Assembly: GCA_964510585.1 (NCBI GenBank)
Contig: CAZECW010000173.1
Location: 36,256-68,255 of the forward strand
Length of the DNA: 32,000 bases
From: an uncultured archaeon
GTDB lineage: Archaea; Asgardarchaeota; Jordiarchaeia; Jordiarchaeales; Jordiarchaeaceae
Direction: 5' to 3'
Under the pieces are notes generated by a model. The model saw only the letters and a list, made by a program, of their open reading frames with translations. It was not told where the DNA came from and ran no database searches. Of the stretch, positions 9,256 to 18,973 are shown piece after piece. Positions within the stretch are counted from its first letter, which is position 1. The number at the start of each line of letters is the position of its first letter. Both the position numbers and the translations under genes were made by a program.

Positions 9256-9568
9256 CTATTCGAATTGAACATCGAGCAATTCACAGTCTTTTCTATCTTT
9301 AGTATCTATTTTTATAAGAGTGTAATCTGTTTCAAAAAAAATCGGAATCCTTTTCGATATACACCGTGAGACCCTCATCATCTCTAGCTATAGGAACCAC
9401 TTCAGCAACACTGTTTAAATCTATGATGCATGCATTTGAAACTTTTATCACTGCTCCATAACAGGATTTGTATTCTACAAAATTTATGAGCAAACCGCCT
9501 GCTCCCTGAATTTGGGATAATTTGTTTTTTATGCATTTCTTTGCTAATCGAGATATTTTCAACCCCAT
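9256..9568 (-). pseudogene. HesB/IscA-like small protein apparently frameshifted in a T8 homopolymer
   Basis: ATG at 9568 is preceded by GAGGT. The N-terminus (LKISRLAKKCIK...LLINFVEYKSCYG...EGLTVYIEKDSDFF) resembles the HesB fold. The frame stops at TGA just after GAT TTT TTT T. Removing one T gives ...FFETDYTLIKIDTKDRKDCELLDVQFE* ending at 9256 (103 aa). Confidence 0.5.
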
Positions 9569-9837
9569 TTTTAAACCTCAATGAAAATATGTAATTAGTC
9601 AAATAATTTTTATTATTAAGGTAATTATTTAGTGATCTTTACCTAATGCAGATAGGCGTCCTACAAGTTTTCCTAAAAAAGTGAATTATTTGATTACCAT
9701 TAAATCTACTAAAATTGCGATATTCACAAAATAAATCCATTTTAATGTATACTTCACAACAAAAACACAATATTTATTAGCATATTTAAGATTAACTATA
9801 ATATGTATGGTTATGCGGTTCACATTGGTGAAAAACC

Positions 9838-10332
9838 ATGATTCACAACTTTTACCTATTGAAAAGAAGCGGAGAATGCATAATCCACCGAAAATACGGA
9901 AGCCTAGAAACAGATGAGGATCTCGTATCAGGTTTTCTTAGCGCAATGTTCTCTTTTGGTAGAAACATAAGCGGCCAAAGCATAGAAAGTGTACTATTGG
10001 ATGATAAAAAATTTGTATACGTCTGCAATGATGACATTATATTTGCTGCCTACACGGATAGACATGACGAGATAAAAAGTAAACTTGAAAGTATCAGCCA
10101 AGAATTCATCAAAAATTATGGTAAGTTAGAGAATTGGGATGGGAACCGCGACAGGTTTGCAGACTTTTTGCCAGTTCTGGATAAGGTATTTGGGGTATCT
10201 GGGGAGGAAGCTTCTGACGACTTTTTAAATGGGATAATAGAAACTATAAAAATGGGGAAAAAGCCTTTAGATGTCTCTTGGGATGACTGGTTAAATAGAA
10301 TTAAAGAAAAGGTAAGAAAAATTAATCAATGA
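9838..10332 (+). CDS. Longin-like domain protein (Asgard eukaryotic-signature type)
   Basis: MIHNFYLLKRSGECIIHRKY...DEDLVSGFLSAMFSF...IESVLLDDKKFVY...IIFAAYTD matches the longin/sigma-adaptin-like pattern. A short C-terminal helix follows. Confidence 0.8.
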   Translation: MIHNFYLLKRSGECIIHRKYGSLETDEDLVSGFLSAMFSFGRNISGQSIESVLLDDKKFVYVCNDDIIFAAYTDRHDEIKSKLESISQEFIKNYGKLENWDGNRDRFADFLPVLDKVFGVSGEEASDDFLNGIIETIKMGKKPLDVSWDDWLNRIKEKVRKINQ

Positions 10333-10376
10333 ACATCGAACAGATAGAGACACCTTTTCACGTAGCTAAGCACTAA

Positions 10377-11576
10377 TTAGTTATTCAGTCTTGTTTTTTT
10401 AAACTGACTGTAAATTTTATCCGCTGCTCTTTTTGCTTTTAATAATGCACCGTTTCGTGTTGATTCATAGATTTGTATTGTACAAACTGGTTTCCCTTTT
10501 CTTATTACAGATCCAGGTTTTGTGATATCGAATACCCCGGACATAGTAATCTCAGGCATTATAAAATCGTATTTGGCGAACAAAATATTTTTCACGGCGT
10601 AACCTTTGCTTTGAGGAATACTTTTAGGCAATATCCCTTGACAAGCCTCTATGTGGGCTTGAACTATATTTAGCCCAGTTACCATTTCAACACACTCCAG
10701 CGTGCCTTGAAAACGAGGATTTATCTCTAATAAGTATGGTTCGCCCCTATGAATAACATAGTCTATTCCGTTTGAGCCCTTAAGATTTAATAATTCGATT
10801 AAGTTTTCGGAAGCATCTTTTATTTTTTTGTATACCTGTTCTGTGGCCTTTAGTGGCACAATGTTTCCACAATAAATAAAATCTTTTGCTCCCAGCTCAG
10901 ATAAACCAATTAACTGCTCATTAATAGAAACTACCCGCACCGATGTGCCATTTGAGAGAAGGGAGCAGCTCGCATCAGTCCCCCTAATGTATTCCTGAAT
11001 CATTACATTTCTTTGGTTCGATAACAGTTGAAATATTTCCTCAACTTCTTTAATATTCTTAGCTAAATGAATTCCTTGTCCTCCTCCTCCTTTCGTTGGT
11101 CTAACTACTACTGGTAAACCTATTAATTCCGCCGCTTCTACAGCATCTTCCACACTTTTTACAATAATTGAGTTTGGAGATCGGATACCCAACTTTTCTG
11201 CTTCACGGTAAATCCTTATTTTATCTCTAGATTTTTTAATATTTTCTGAAGTGTTACCCATTATAGGAGCTATTTTTTTGAGTTCTTCCCAAACCTGAAA
11301 TTGGTCATCAAGGCCGCTCCCTACCAAAATAAAATCAATCTGATGCTTTTCCGCCAATTTCTGAGCTAGTTCCAAGAAAAGACTAGCATGGTTTTTGGCT
11401 GTATTTGGTTCTTTGTCCAATTCGCTAACTACTAGAACTTCATCTGCATATTTATAGATGTCAACATCCCCCCAGTAATCCACTACCAGAACTTTTAGTC
11501 CTAATCTTTTTGCTGAAGAAACTATTGGTCTAGCATTGAATCCTAAGACAAGAACAGTTGACCGATTCTCAACCAA
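10377..11576 (-). CDS. ATP-grasp carboxylate-amine ligase (COG2232-like)
   Basis: Motifs VLVLGFNARPIVSSAKRLG..V.VVDYWGDVD, PVVVRPTKGGGG, IQEYIRG, YCGN, NGIDY and LEINPRFQGT. Confidence 0.85.
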   Translation of the reverse strand: MVENRSTVLVLGFNARPIVSSAKRLGLKVLVVDYWGDVDIYKYADEVLVVSELDKEPNTAKNHASLFLELAQKLAEKHQIDFILVGSGLDDQFQVWEELKKIAPIMGNTSENIKKSRDKIRIYREAEKLGIRSPNSIIVKSVEDAVEAAELIGLPVVVRPTKGGGGQGIHLAKNIKEVEEIFQLLSNQRNVMIQEYIRGTDASCSLLSNGTSVRVVSINEQLIGLSELGAKDFIYCGNIVPLKATEQVYKKIKDASENLIELLNLKGSNGIDYVIHRGEPYLLEINPRFQGTLECVEMVTGLNIVQAHIEACQGILPKSIPQSKGYAVKNILFAKYDFIMPEITMSGVFDITKPGSVIRKGKPVCTIQIYESTRNGALLKAKRAADKIYSQFKKTRLNN

Positions 11577-11578
11577 AG

Positions 11579-12334
11579 TTAAGTGGAGCCCTCCAAATCA
11601 CTAGTCTGTTTTTCACTTTCCTTTATAGCCTCTTTAAGCTTTTTTATAATTTCTTTTATTTTCATCTTTTTTGGGAGTGCCACCGAAAGTAATCTATCAT
11701 TATCGATTTGTAGTGTAATGATCATTCCTTCCCTACCGAAAATGACTGAGAAGTCACTATTTTCATCAGAAACCATACTGCTACTTATCATATGAATGGC
11801 GCTAATCATTCCCGAAAGAGTTATTGCTTCCTCTGCAGGGTGGACTATTAAGGGTACTCCCTCTTTAGTAAGGATAGCAATTGCCTTGGCCTCTGGTACC
11901 GCGCTTTTAACATTCATAAATAATCCTTTTTTAGGATATCCGGAGAGCTCTATCACTTCAGCTACTTTATGGGAAAAATTCTTAATTTTAATAATATAGT
12001 TTTCAACACCCCTGCTTTCAGCCTTCTCTCTATCAATAAGTGCCGAAAGAACCATACCACTATTGACGGGTAAAGTTATAACTAAGTTATTGGGCGTAAA
12101 GGAGAGTACGTAGTCTGGAGTTTGTTCTAATAGCTTTCCAATAATTTGGGAGGAAATCGAAAGTAGGGTGGCACTAGCGGCTGCTAACTTACTTTTATTA
12201 ACTTTCTCTTCTAGAATCACCATTGATTCCGATTTCCCCTCTTTGCTAATCAGAATTATCCCTTTTATCACCTCATCTCTTACTATTTCTTCCAACAATC
12301 GAGAAAGTTCATCACCACGATCCATTACAATCAC
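11579..12334 (-). CDS. Tandem roadblock/LC7 (MglB/LAMTOR-like) domain protein
   Basis: Two similar domains: VIKGIILISKEG...KLAAASATLLSIS and EAKAIAILTKEG...TLSGMISAIHMIS. Each is followed by the beta-strands typical of roadblock folds. Confidence 0.8.
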   Translation of the reverse strand: MIVMDRGDELSRLLEEIVRDEVIKGIILISKEGKSESMVILEEKVNKSKLAAASATLLSISSQIIGKLLEQTPDYVLSFTPNNLVITLPVNSGMVLSALIDREKAESRGVENYIIKIKNFSHKVAEVIELSGYPKKGLFMNVKSAVPEAKAIAILTKEGVPLIVHPAEEAITLSGMISAIHMISSSMVSDENSDFSVIFGREGMIITLQIDNDRLLSVALPKKMKIKEIIKKLKEAIKESEKQTSDLEGST

Positions 12335-12551
12335 CCTTTTCTACTCGTTTAGTTTGAAACATTTACACAATTTAGCGAAGAAAATTTAAGCATGGGATTC
12401 GCTTTCCCGCAAAAAAATTTTTACAGTTCGCTTATGTTTGATATTAAGGGATTTCGGTTTTAAAAAGGTTAGGTATTTTAGGATAGTCATTATTTTTAAT
12501 TAAGAGAATCAAAAAGGATTTTACTGCGAGCCAAAAAATGACATATGATTA

Positions 12552-13313
12552 ATGAATGCTTTGGGTGATCTTTTGAAGATAACTTTTTTGGGTACTGCTG
12601 GAAGTATGATTACAAAATCTCGAACTAACCTCGCTGTGCTGGTTGACGAGGATTTGCTTATTGATTGTGGGGAAGGAACTAGCCAAAAGCTTCTCGCAAT
12701 TTTAGGGGATTTATCCAAAATCGAGACTATTTTAATCTCTCATGGACACGCGGATCACATCATGGGTATACCCTCTCTCTTATGGGCAATGTGGCTGGTT
12801 AATAAGAGAACTAAAGACCTTAAAATAATAGGGCCAGATTATATTGAAACCTTGGTGACTTCCTTATTAAAGTTGGGGTATACTCCGCTAGATAGGTTAA
12901 CTTTTAGAATAAATTATGAATTTAATACCTACTCTTATGAAAATATTTTTTTCAAAGCTACTCTTCACTACCCTACAAATTTCGCTTACCGTATAGAAAG
13001 GAGGGGAAAAAGTCTTTGTTATACAGGAGATACTGCACCTTGCGAAGGGTTAATAGGTTTAGCTAAAAAATGTGATGTTCTTATACATGAAACAGCTTTT
13101 CCTGATGAACTATCAAATTTGGCCCACAAACTAAATCACAGCACACCCAGCGATGCAGGGCAACTAGCTTCTAAAGCTAATGTCAGAATTTTAGCTCTAT
13201 TTCACTGGCCAGACATTTTTGAAGGAAACGAGTCTATTCTTATCGATCAAGCCAGAAAAAGTTTCAACGGAGAAATTATCTTAGCTAAAGATTTAGACGT
13301 TTTAGAGTTGTAA
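12552..13313 (+). CDS. RNase Z-like metallo-beta-lactamase fold hydrolase
   Basis: Motifs ITFLGTAG, LIDCGEGT, SHGHADH, YTGDT, LIHET, HST and LFH. Orthology to true RNase Z is not established. Confidence 0.85.
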   Translation: MNALGDLLKITFLGTAGSMITKSRTNLAVLVDEDLLIDCGEGTSQKLLAILGDLSKIETILISHGHADHIMGIPSLLWAMWLVNKRTKDLKIIGPDYIETLVTSLLKLGYTPLDRLTFRINYEFNTYSYENIFFKATLHYPTNFAYRIERRGKSLCYTGDTAPCEGLIGLAKKCDVLIHETAFPDELSNLAHKLNHSTPSDAGQLASKANVRILALFHWPDIFEGNESILIDQARKSFNGEIILAKDLDVLEL

Positions 13314-13517
13314 CCAAACTTTTCAAATTTTTTCATTGACATTTAATAAATTTGAAGAAAAGGGGGTTAAATTTTTTTATTTTCGCAAAATATTTAAGGT
13401 ATTTTTGCGATAAATTAAATAGCAAAGCAACAAAATTGAAATTTATGCATGGTTTCGAAAGAAAAAGGAACCGTGAAGCTAAACCTGTTTAAAGTGCAAG
13501 TGAGCAGGGTGGCGATT

Positions 13518-13967
13518 TTGAAGGTCAAGGATGTAGATAGGAAAATACTGAAACTTCTTCAAGAAGACTCTCGGAGACCTTTTAGAAAGATTGCTACGGA
13601 TCTAAACATTTCTGAACCAACATTGTATAACCGAGTCAAAAAACTTCAGGAAGAAAGGGTTATCGAAGGGTTTACAACAATCATTAATCCTGAAGCAGTG
13701 GGTCTTACGAGTCTAGCGTTTATAATGCTTACGGTAGAGCCTTCAAAAGAGGAAGAAATTATCAACAGATTATCAATTTTTCCAGAAATTATGGAATTGC
13801 ACCTTTTATTTGGCGACAAGAATATTCTCGTTAAAGTTCGAGACAGAGACATAGAATCAATAAGGGATTTCATTACAAAAAAGCTAAAATCAATTGAGGG
13901 TTTGTTAAAAGTAGAGTGTTACCTTTCCTTAAAAACCAAAAAAGAAAGCCACACAATACCCGTTTAG
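13518..13967 (+). CDS. Lrp/AsnC family transcriptional regulator
   Basis: DVDRKILKLLQEDSRRPFRKIATDLNISEPTLYNRVKKLQEERVIEGF (HTH) plus a RAM domain. TTG at 13518 after GGGTGG is preferred over the track start at 13449. Confidence 0.93.
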   Translation: MKVKDVDRKILKLLQEDSRRPFRKIATDLNISEPTLYNRVKKLQEERVIEGFTTIINPEAVGLTSLAFIMLTVEPSKEEEIINRLSIFPEIMELHLLFGDKNILVKVRDRDIESIRDFITKKLKSIEGLLKVECYLSLKTKKESHTIPV

Positions 13968-14229
13968 AACTTGACTCTCGCAAACTAATTATCATTTTTT
14001 ATATAAAAGAGTAATATTGACACACCCTACAATTATAATCAGGGGCTGTCTCGCCAACTGTTTTGTAAACTAAACGTTTGAGATATTTCTCATTGAATTA
14101 TTTAAAACTCTCGCAATGTTTTTTTGTATAGAACGTTTTTTGTAGTTCAGAGATTTCCGAAAGTTTATTTCCTACCTATTGGTGAACCTCATTAGAATCA
14201 GTTTAAATTCGATAACATTTCAATTTTAA

Positions 14230-15210
14230 ATGCTGTTTGGAGTTGATTTGTTGATTCCAGACGAAGTTAAGAAAATTGCGAACGACATAAAGGAAATGAG
14301 AATCAGAGGCGCGGGTGAAATTGCTAGAGCAGCGGTAAAAACACTTAGGATAACTGTTCAAAATTCAAAAGCGAAAACTGTGGAGGAGCTTTTGGAGGAG
14401 CTGAGAACTACTGCTGAAATTGTTATTAATACGCGTCCGACTGCGGTTTCCCTTCCTAACGGAATTAGGTTTGTTTCTAAGAAGGTAAGAAAAGAATTAG
14501 AGAGAAACCCGAGCTTGGAAGAATTAAAAGACACTGTGGATAAAGCAGTAAAAGAGTTCATAGTAAACTCGCAGAGAGCAGTGCAGCGTATTGGAGAGAT
14601 AGGATCGAAGAGGATTAGAAATGGGGATGTACTATTAACGCATTGCAATAGCGCGGCAGCCTTATCAGTCATTTTAAATGCTGCTCACCAGAATAAGGAT
14701 ATCAGGGTCTTTGCAACGGAAACAAGACCCAAATTTCAGGGTCATATTACCTGCAAAATTTTGAGAGATGCGGGAATAGATGTGACTCTTATAATTGATA
14801 GTGCAGTTAGACTTTATATGAATAAGATAGATACTGCAATTGTGGGCGCAGATGCTATTTCATCCAATGGAGCCCTAGTTAATAAGATTGGCACGTCCAC
14901 GGTGGCTCTGGTGGCTAAAGAGGCCAGGACACTCTTTTTTGTAGCTGCAGAAACTTACAAATTTAGTCCAGAAACGTTGATAGGCGAACTCATAGAGATA
15001 GAGGAGAGAGATATTGAGGAGGTAATTGATAGGGAAGAGTTGGAAAGAATCGGAAACCCCAAAGTTTTAAATCCGGCTTTCGATATTACCCCACCACATT
15101 ACATAGACCTCATTATAACAGAGAAGGGAATAATTCCTCCCCAAGCAGCGTTCACTATTCTTCAAGAAGAATTTGGCTGGTTGTCTGGAGATAAAAAAAG
15201 CTTCTTTTAG
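14230..15210 (+). CDS. Ribose-1,5-bisphosphate isomerase (eIF-2B alpha/beta/delta family)
   Basis: Motifs MRIRGAGEIAR, TRPTAVSLPN, LLTHCNS (catalytic Cys), ETRP, VGADAI (catalytic Asp), NKIGT and NPAFDITP. Confidence 0.9.
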   Translation: MLFGVDLLIPDEVKKIANDIKEMRIRGAGEIARAAVKTLRITVQNSKAKTVEELLEELRTTAEIVINTRPTAVSLPNGIRFVSKKVRKELERNPSLEELKDTVDKAVKEFIVNSQRAVQRIGEIGSKRIRNGDVLLTHCNSAAALSVILNAAHQNKDIRVFATETRPKFQGHITCKILRDAGIDVTLIIDSAVRLYMNKIDTAIVGADAISSNGALVNKIGTSTVALVAKEARTLFFVAAETYKFSPETLIGELIEIEERDIEEVIDREELERIGNPKVLNPAFDITPPHYIDLIITEKGIIPPQAAFTILQEEFGWLSGDKKSFF

Positions 15211-15643
15211 AGACTTAAAGTAAATTTAAAAAATCTTAATTTCACAATTCAAGAGAAATTATAATCATTTCTTTCTCTCTCACAGCTATAGTTCAAAATT
15301 ATAGATTATCTTAAAAAACGTACATAAGCTGCGCTTCTTAGACAAAGAACGAAAACATGTTTTTATAGCAATAAAACGAGTGAAACAATTCTGAACATCA
15401 ATAATGCGTTTTTTAAAAATTATTATCGGCAATTTTTACTCTAACATTTATTATTGTGCTTAGAGTTTGGAAATTCGGAGAGAAATTATTTTAATTGCTA
15501 ATAGAAATACTTATCATTTTGTTTAAATAAGTATAATTTATGTCTGTTGCCCTTTTTGGAACTTAATTATCGAGAATATAGTGAATATTGCTTTGTGCTA
15601 TTGGATCTATAAATCTTGGGTAAGGTAATGGAGGTGTATTGTT

Positions 15644-16720
15644 TTGTCTGGGGAGGCTGATAGAATTATTATGGACGCCAAAGCGAAGGCGGATTCGATT
15701 TTAGAGATTGCCAAGAAGGAAGCGGAAAACATCATTATGAGGGCTAAGGAAGTTTCAGAGGAAGCTAGGAAGGAGAGAGAGAAGAATTTTCGAAGAATTA
15801 TTAAAAATCTCCTTATTGACAATCAAGATGAAGTTTTAAAGGGCTTAAAGACTATTACTGATTTGGATATTCAATCAGTATATGAGGAAACGAAGAAATT
15901 AGTGAGTGCATATAAAAATCATGATTTGATAGATAGTTTTCCTGTCATAGTAAGCTGTCCCAAATGCGGTACAGGTTTCTTTTTAGATTCTGAATTGGAG
16001 GAGGAACTTGTTGAGTTGGAAGGGAGGGTGTTTGGCGCGTTTGGCTGCCCTAATTGCAACGCTCTTTCTAAATATGAATTTTATGAGGGTAAATTTGTGA
16101 GTACTCTCGATAGAGGTTTATCTGAAAAAACTTTTTTGGGCTTTAAAGTGAATGAACTTCGAAAAAGAGTGGAGGAACTTTTGGCGCCTCTTTACAACGA
16201 GGTTATCAAGTTTGGAGAGTCAAAACATTCGGTATTAGCTATACCCATGGCTGATAAGTGTAGAATGATATTGAGGCATATGGCTAAGAAGAGAAGTGAC
16301 GAGGAAAAATGGGAAACAAGGTGGAATTGTAGATTTAAAGCCGATATAAATACCACCTATATGTGCTCTCTGGCTGGAGAAATTAATTTTGAAAGCAAAA
16401 GGGAAAGCAAAACGGGGCTTATGACTTTTAGTATGCCCTTAAAACTGGAAAAATCTTACACTTTGCCAAAGGGGGACATTGAAACCTTAGCTCATACTCT
16501 AGCTAACATATTTTCTGAGGCCGGCAAAGAGGCCACATTGCAAGTACTCAGTCTATTGGAGCATGCTCCACTGGTTTTGGAATGGATGAGACCATTGAGA
16601 AGGGTTATGGCCTTTGAAACCTCGGAAGAAATGGTTCCTTTAGTGTCTGAGCTTGAACAAAAAATCAAGGAAAGAAAGGAGAAACAGGAGAAGACGGAAA
16701 AGCAGCCTTTACGTATCTAG
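15644..16720 (+). CDS. Hypothetical protein with an N-terminal 11-residue-repeat coiled coil and a Zn-ribbon
   Basis: 358 aa with a TTG start after GGAGGTG. Repeats ADRIIMDAKAK/ADSILEIAKKE/AENIIMRAKEV are followed by CPKC...CPNC and a charged C-terminal helix. Confidence 0.7.
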   Translation: MSGEADRIIMDAKAKADSILEIAKKEAENIIMRAKEVSEEARKEREKNFRRIIKNLLIDNQDEVLKGLKTITDLDIQSVYEETKKLVSAYKNHDLIDSFPVIVSCPKCGTGFFLDSELEEELVELEGRVFGAFGCPNCNALSKYEFYEGKFVSTLDRGLSEKTFLGFKVNELRKRVEELLAPLYNEVIKFGESKHSVLAIPMADKCRMILRHMAKKRSDEEKWETRWNCRFKADINTTYMCSLAGEINFESKRESKTGLMTFSMPLKLEKSYTLPKGDIETLAHTLANIFSEAGKEATLQVLSLLEHAPLVLEWMRPLRRVMAFETSEEMVPLVSELEQKIKERKEKQEKTEKQPLRI

Positions 16721-16723
16721 GTT

Positions 16724-17782
16724 TTAGAGTAACAATTTTTCAATTGTCTTGGTAAGGATTTCGACTGTTTCCAAAAACTGCTTTAAAGATATTTTTTCGT
16801 ATTCCGTATGATCTAAGCGAGGATCACCAGGACCGTAGGTAACAGCCGCAGTTTTGATGCTGTTCCCATAAATATTCATATCACCTGTTCCAGTTTTTTT
16901 AATTAGACGGGCTTCCTCTCCAGTAACTTCCCTTATTGAACTACTTAAGGCACTGACTAATGGCGACCTTTTATCAGATTCATAAGGCTCAGTTTTATCT
17001 ATTACTCTAATTCTGCATTTTACTCCATTGTTTCCCTCTTTATGCTCTTGAAGTATGCGATTTATTACTTCATAGATTTCATCACAACTCATCTTGAATG
17101 GTATCCTAACCCTTACTTCTGCCATGCTTTGATTTTCAACACCATTCAATCGTCCTAATGACACGCTTACCGAATCCATTTTTGATTTGGATTGATACTT
17201 TCCTAATTCATTCTTGATTTTCAGCCAAACCGAAATTAGTTCTTCATTAGCGTTTTTAACGGTAGGATTTGCGGGATGGCCGGGCTCAGTTCCAACCTCA
17301 ATTTCAACGTTTAAACTTCCTTTATATCCCACCACAATAAAAACGGTGTTACAAGGTTCCCCAAAAATTGAGTAGTCTGCCTTTAAACCTTTATTTATTA
17401 TATGTATTATTCCTTCAGATGTCCCCTCTTCTTGCACTGTACCCACAACAACTATACTTCCTTTGATTTTCCTACCCACAAAATTTGCCGCAGCAAGTAT
17501 AAGGGCGGCTAAAGAGGATTTCGCGTCAACCGCTCCCCGACCAGTTAATTCACCGTTAATTATCTGTACTGGTAAGTACCCTTCCACTGTATCCATATGA
17601 CCGCAGAGTAGTAGAGTTGGATTCCCTTTTCCAATCCTACCTATGACGTTTCCAACTTCATCTATCTCTGCATCAAAACCCAATTCCTTCATCTGTTGGA
17701 AGAGAAATTTTGCAAGTTCCGCTTCTTTTCCCGAGGGACTATAGATTTCAAGCATTTTTTTAAGAAAATCTTGAGGCTCCAT
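16724..17782 (-). CDS. lysK: [LysW]-lysine/[LysW]-ornithine hydrolase (M20 family)
   Basis: Motifs IYSPSGKE, GNVIG, LLCGHMDTV, GRGAVDAK, VQEEG, GEP, TGDMN and YGPGDPRLDHT. Last gene of the lysW operon. Confidence 0.92.
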   Translation of the reverse strand: MEPQDFLKKMLEIYSPSGKEAELAKFLFQQMKELGFDAEIDEVGNVIGRIGKGNPTLLLCGHMDTVEGYLPVQIINGELTGRGAVDAKSSLAALILAAANFVGRKIKGSIVVVGTVQEEGTSEGIIHIINKGLKADYSIFGEPCNTVFIVVGYKGSLNVEIEVGTEPGHPANPTVKNANEELISVWLKIKNELGKYQSKSKMDSVSVSLGRLNGVENQSMAEVRVRIPFKMSCDEIYEVINRILQEHKEGNNGVKCRIRVIDKTEPYESDKRSPLVSALSSSIREVTGEEARLIKKTGTGDMNIYGNSIKTAAVTYGPGDPRLDHTEYEKISLKQFLETVEILTKTIEKLLL

Positions 17783-17785
17783 TCT

Positions 17786-18973
17786 TCAGGTCTCCAATAC
17801 CTCCGCCAAAATCTCCGCAGTTTTATCAACTTGTTCCTTTTCAATAACTAACGGGGGTAGCAGTCTAAGGGTGGTTAGTCCCGAAGTTAAAACCAAAAGT
17901 CCCTTTTCCAAAGATTTTACCACATAATCCTTTACTCTGAAACGTAAATCGATGCCAATCATTAAACCTAGTCCTCTAACCTCTTTTACAATCTTAGAGT
18001 TCTCCCCAATAATCTCCAACTTATTTTTTAAGCGTAATCCCAATTCCTTAGATCTTTGGGGAAGTTTCTCTTCTATTATAACGTCTATTGCAGCGTTTGC
18101 AGCAGCACAAGCAAGTGGGTTTCCACCAAAAGTTGAGGCATGTTCACTTTCTTTAAGGGAACCCATAACCTCCTCTCTAGCGATAGTAGCACCCATAGGC
18201 ACTCCACCAGCAATTCCTTTAGCCACAGCCATAATGTCAGGAGTCACCTTCCAATGCATACAGGCAAACATTTCCCCGGTTCTACCAAACCCAGTCTGAA
18301 CCTCATCAAATATTAAAAGAACATTCTTTTCATCGCAAATATCTCTTAACTCCTCCAGATAACCGTTGGGCGCAGGATTAACTCCCGCTTCTCCCTGCAC
18401 AGGCTCCACCAAGACCGCAGCAGTGTTCTCATTTATAGCCTCTCGAACTTCTTCAGCGTCACCAAATTTTACATGAGTAAATCCCGGAACCAAAGGTTCG
18501 AAAGGCTCCCTGTACTTTTTCTCCCAAGTAGCTGAGAGCGCCCCCAAAGTACGTCCATGGAATCCTTTAGTCATAGCTATAATTTCCTTCTTGCCTGTGT
18601 ATTTGCGAGCCAGCTTTATGGCGCACTCTACTGCTTCTGCTCCACTATTTGAAAGAAAAGTTCTTGTTAGGCCTTTGGGAACTATTTTTGTTATTTTTTC
18701 TACAAGTTCCGCTCTGACGTCGTTATATAGTATACCGGAGCAGGTGATAAGCTTCTCAGCCTGATTTTTTATGGCTTCTACGACTTTGGGGTGACAGTGC
18801 CCGGTGATGCCTACTCCATGTCCTGCTACACAATCTATATACTCTCTGCCTTCGGTGTCCCAGACCAGGGCGCCTTTTCCCCTCACAATTACTACTGGTC
18901 TTTTAGCGTAGGTTTGGGCTTCGTAGGTATCTTCTAGAAACATATATCTTTTGGCATTATTCGACTGACTCAT
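17786..18973 (-). CDS. lysJ: [LysW]-semialdehyde aminotransferase (class III PLP)
   Basis: Motifs YIDCVAG, GHCHP, SNSGAEAVE, FHGRTLG, EPVQGEAG, DEVQTGFGRTG, AKG and HASTFGGNPLAC, plus operon context. Confidence 0.92.
   Translation of the reverse strand: MSQSNNAKRYMFLEDTYEAQTYAKRPVVIVRGKGALVWDTEGREYIDCVAGHGVGITGHCHPKVVEAIKNQAEKLITCSGILYNDVRAELVEKITKIVPKGLTRTFLSNSGAEAVECAIKLARKYTGKKEIIAMTKGFHGRTLGALSATWEKKYREPFEPLVPGFTHVKFGDAEEVREAINENTAAVLVEPVQGEAGVNPAPNGYLEELRDICDEKNVLLIFDEVQTGFGRTGEMFACMHWKVTPDIMAVAKGIAGGVPMGATIAREEVMGSLKESEHASTFGGNPLACAAANAAIDVIIEEKLPQRSKELGLRLKNKLEIIGENSKIVKEVRGLGLMIGIDLRFRVKDYVVKSLEKGLLVLTSGLTTLRLLPPLVIEKEQVDKTAEILAEVLET

Noticed and set aside
9300-9334. Selenocysteine readthrough of the TGA ending the HesB-like ORF
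   Set aside because: Readthrough adds only NRLHSYKNRY before TAA, the TGA is not at a Cys-motif position, and no SECIS was recognised. The frameshift explanation fits better.
13518-13967. Lrp as the LysM regulator of the lys operon
   Set aside because: It is not adjacent to the operon promoter and I could not identify a binding site or diagnostic residues.
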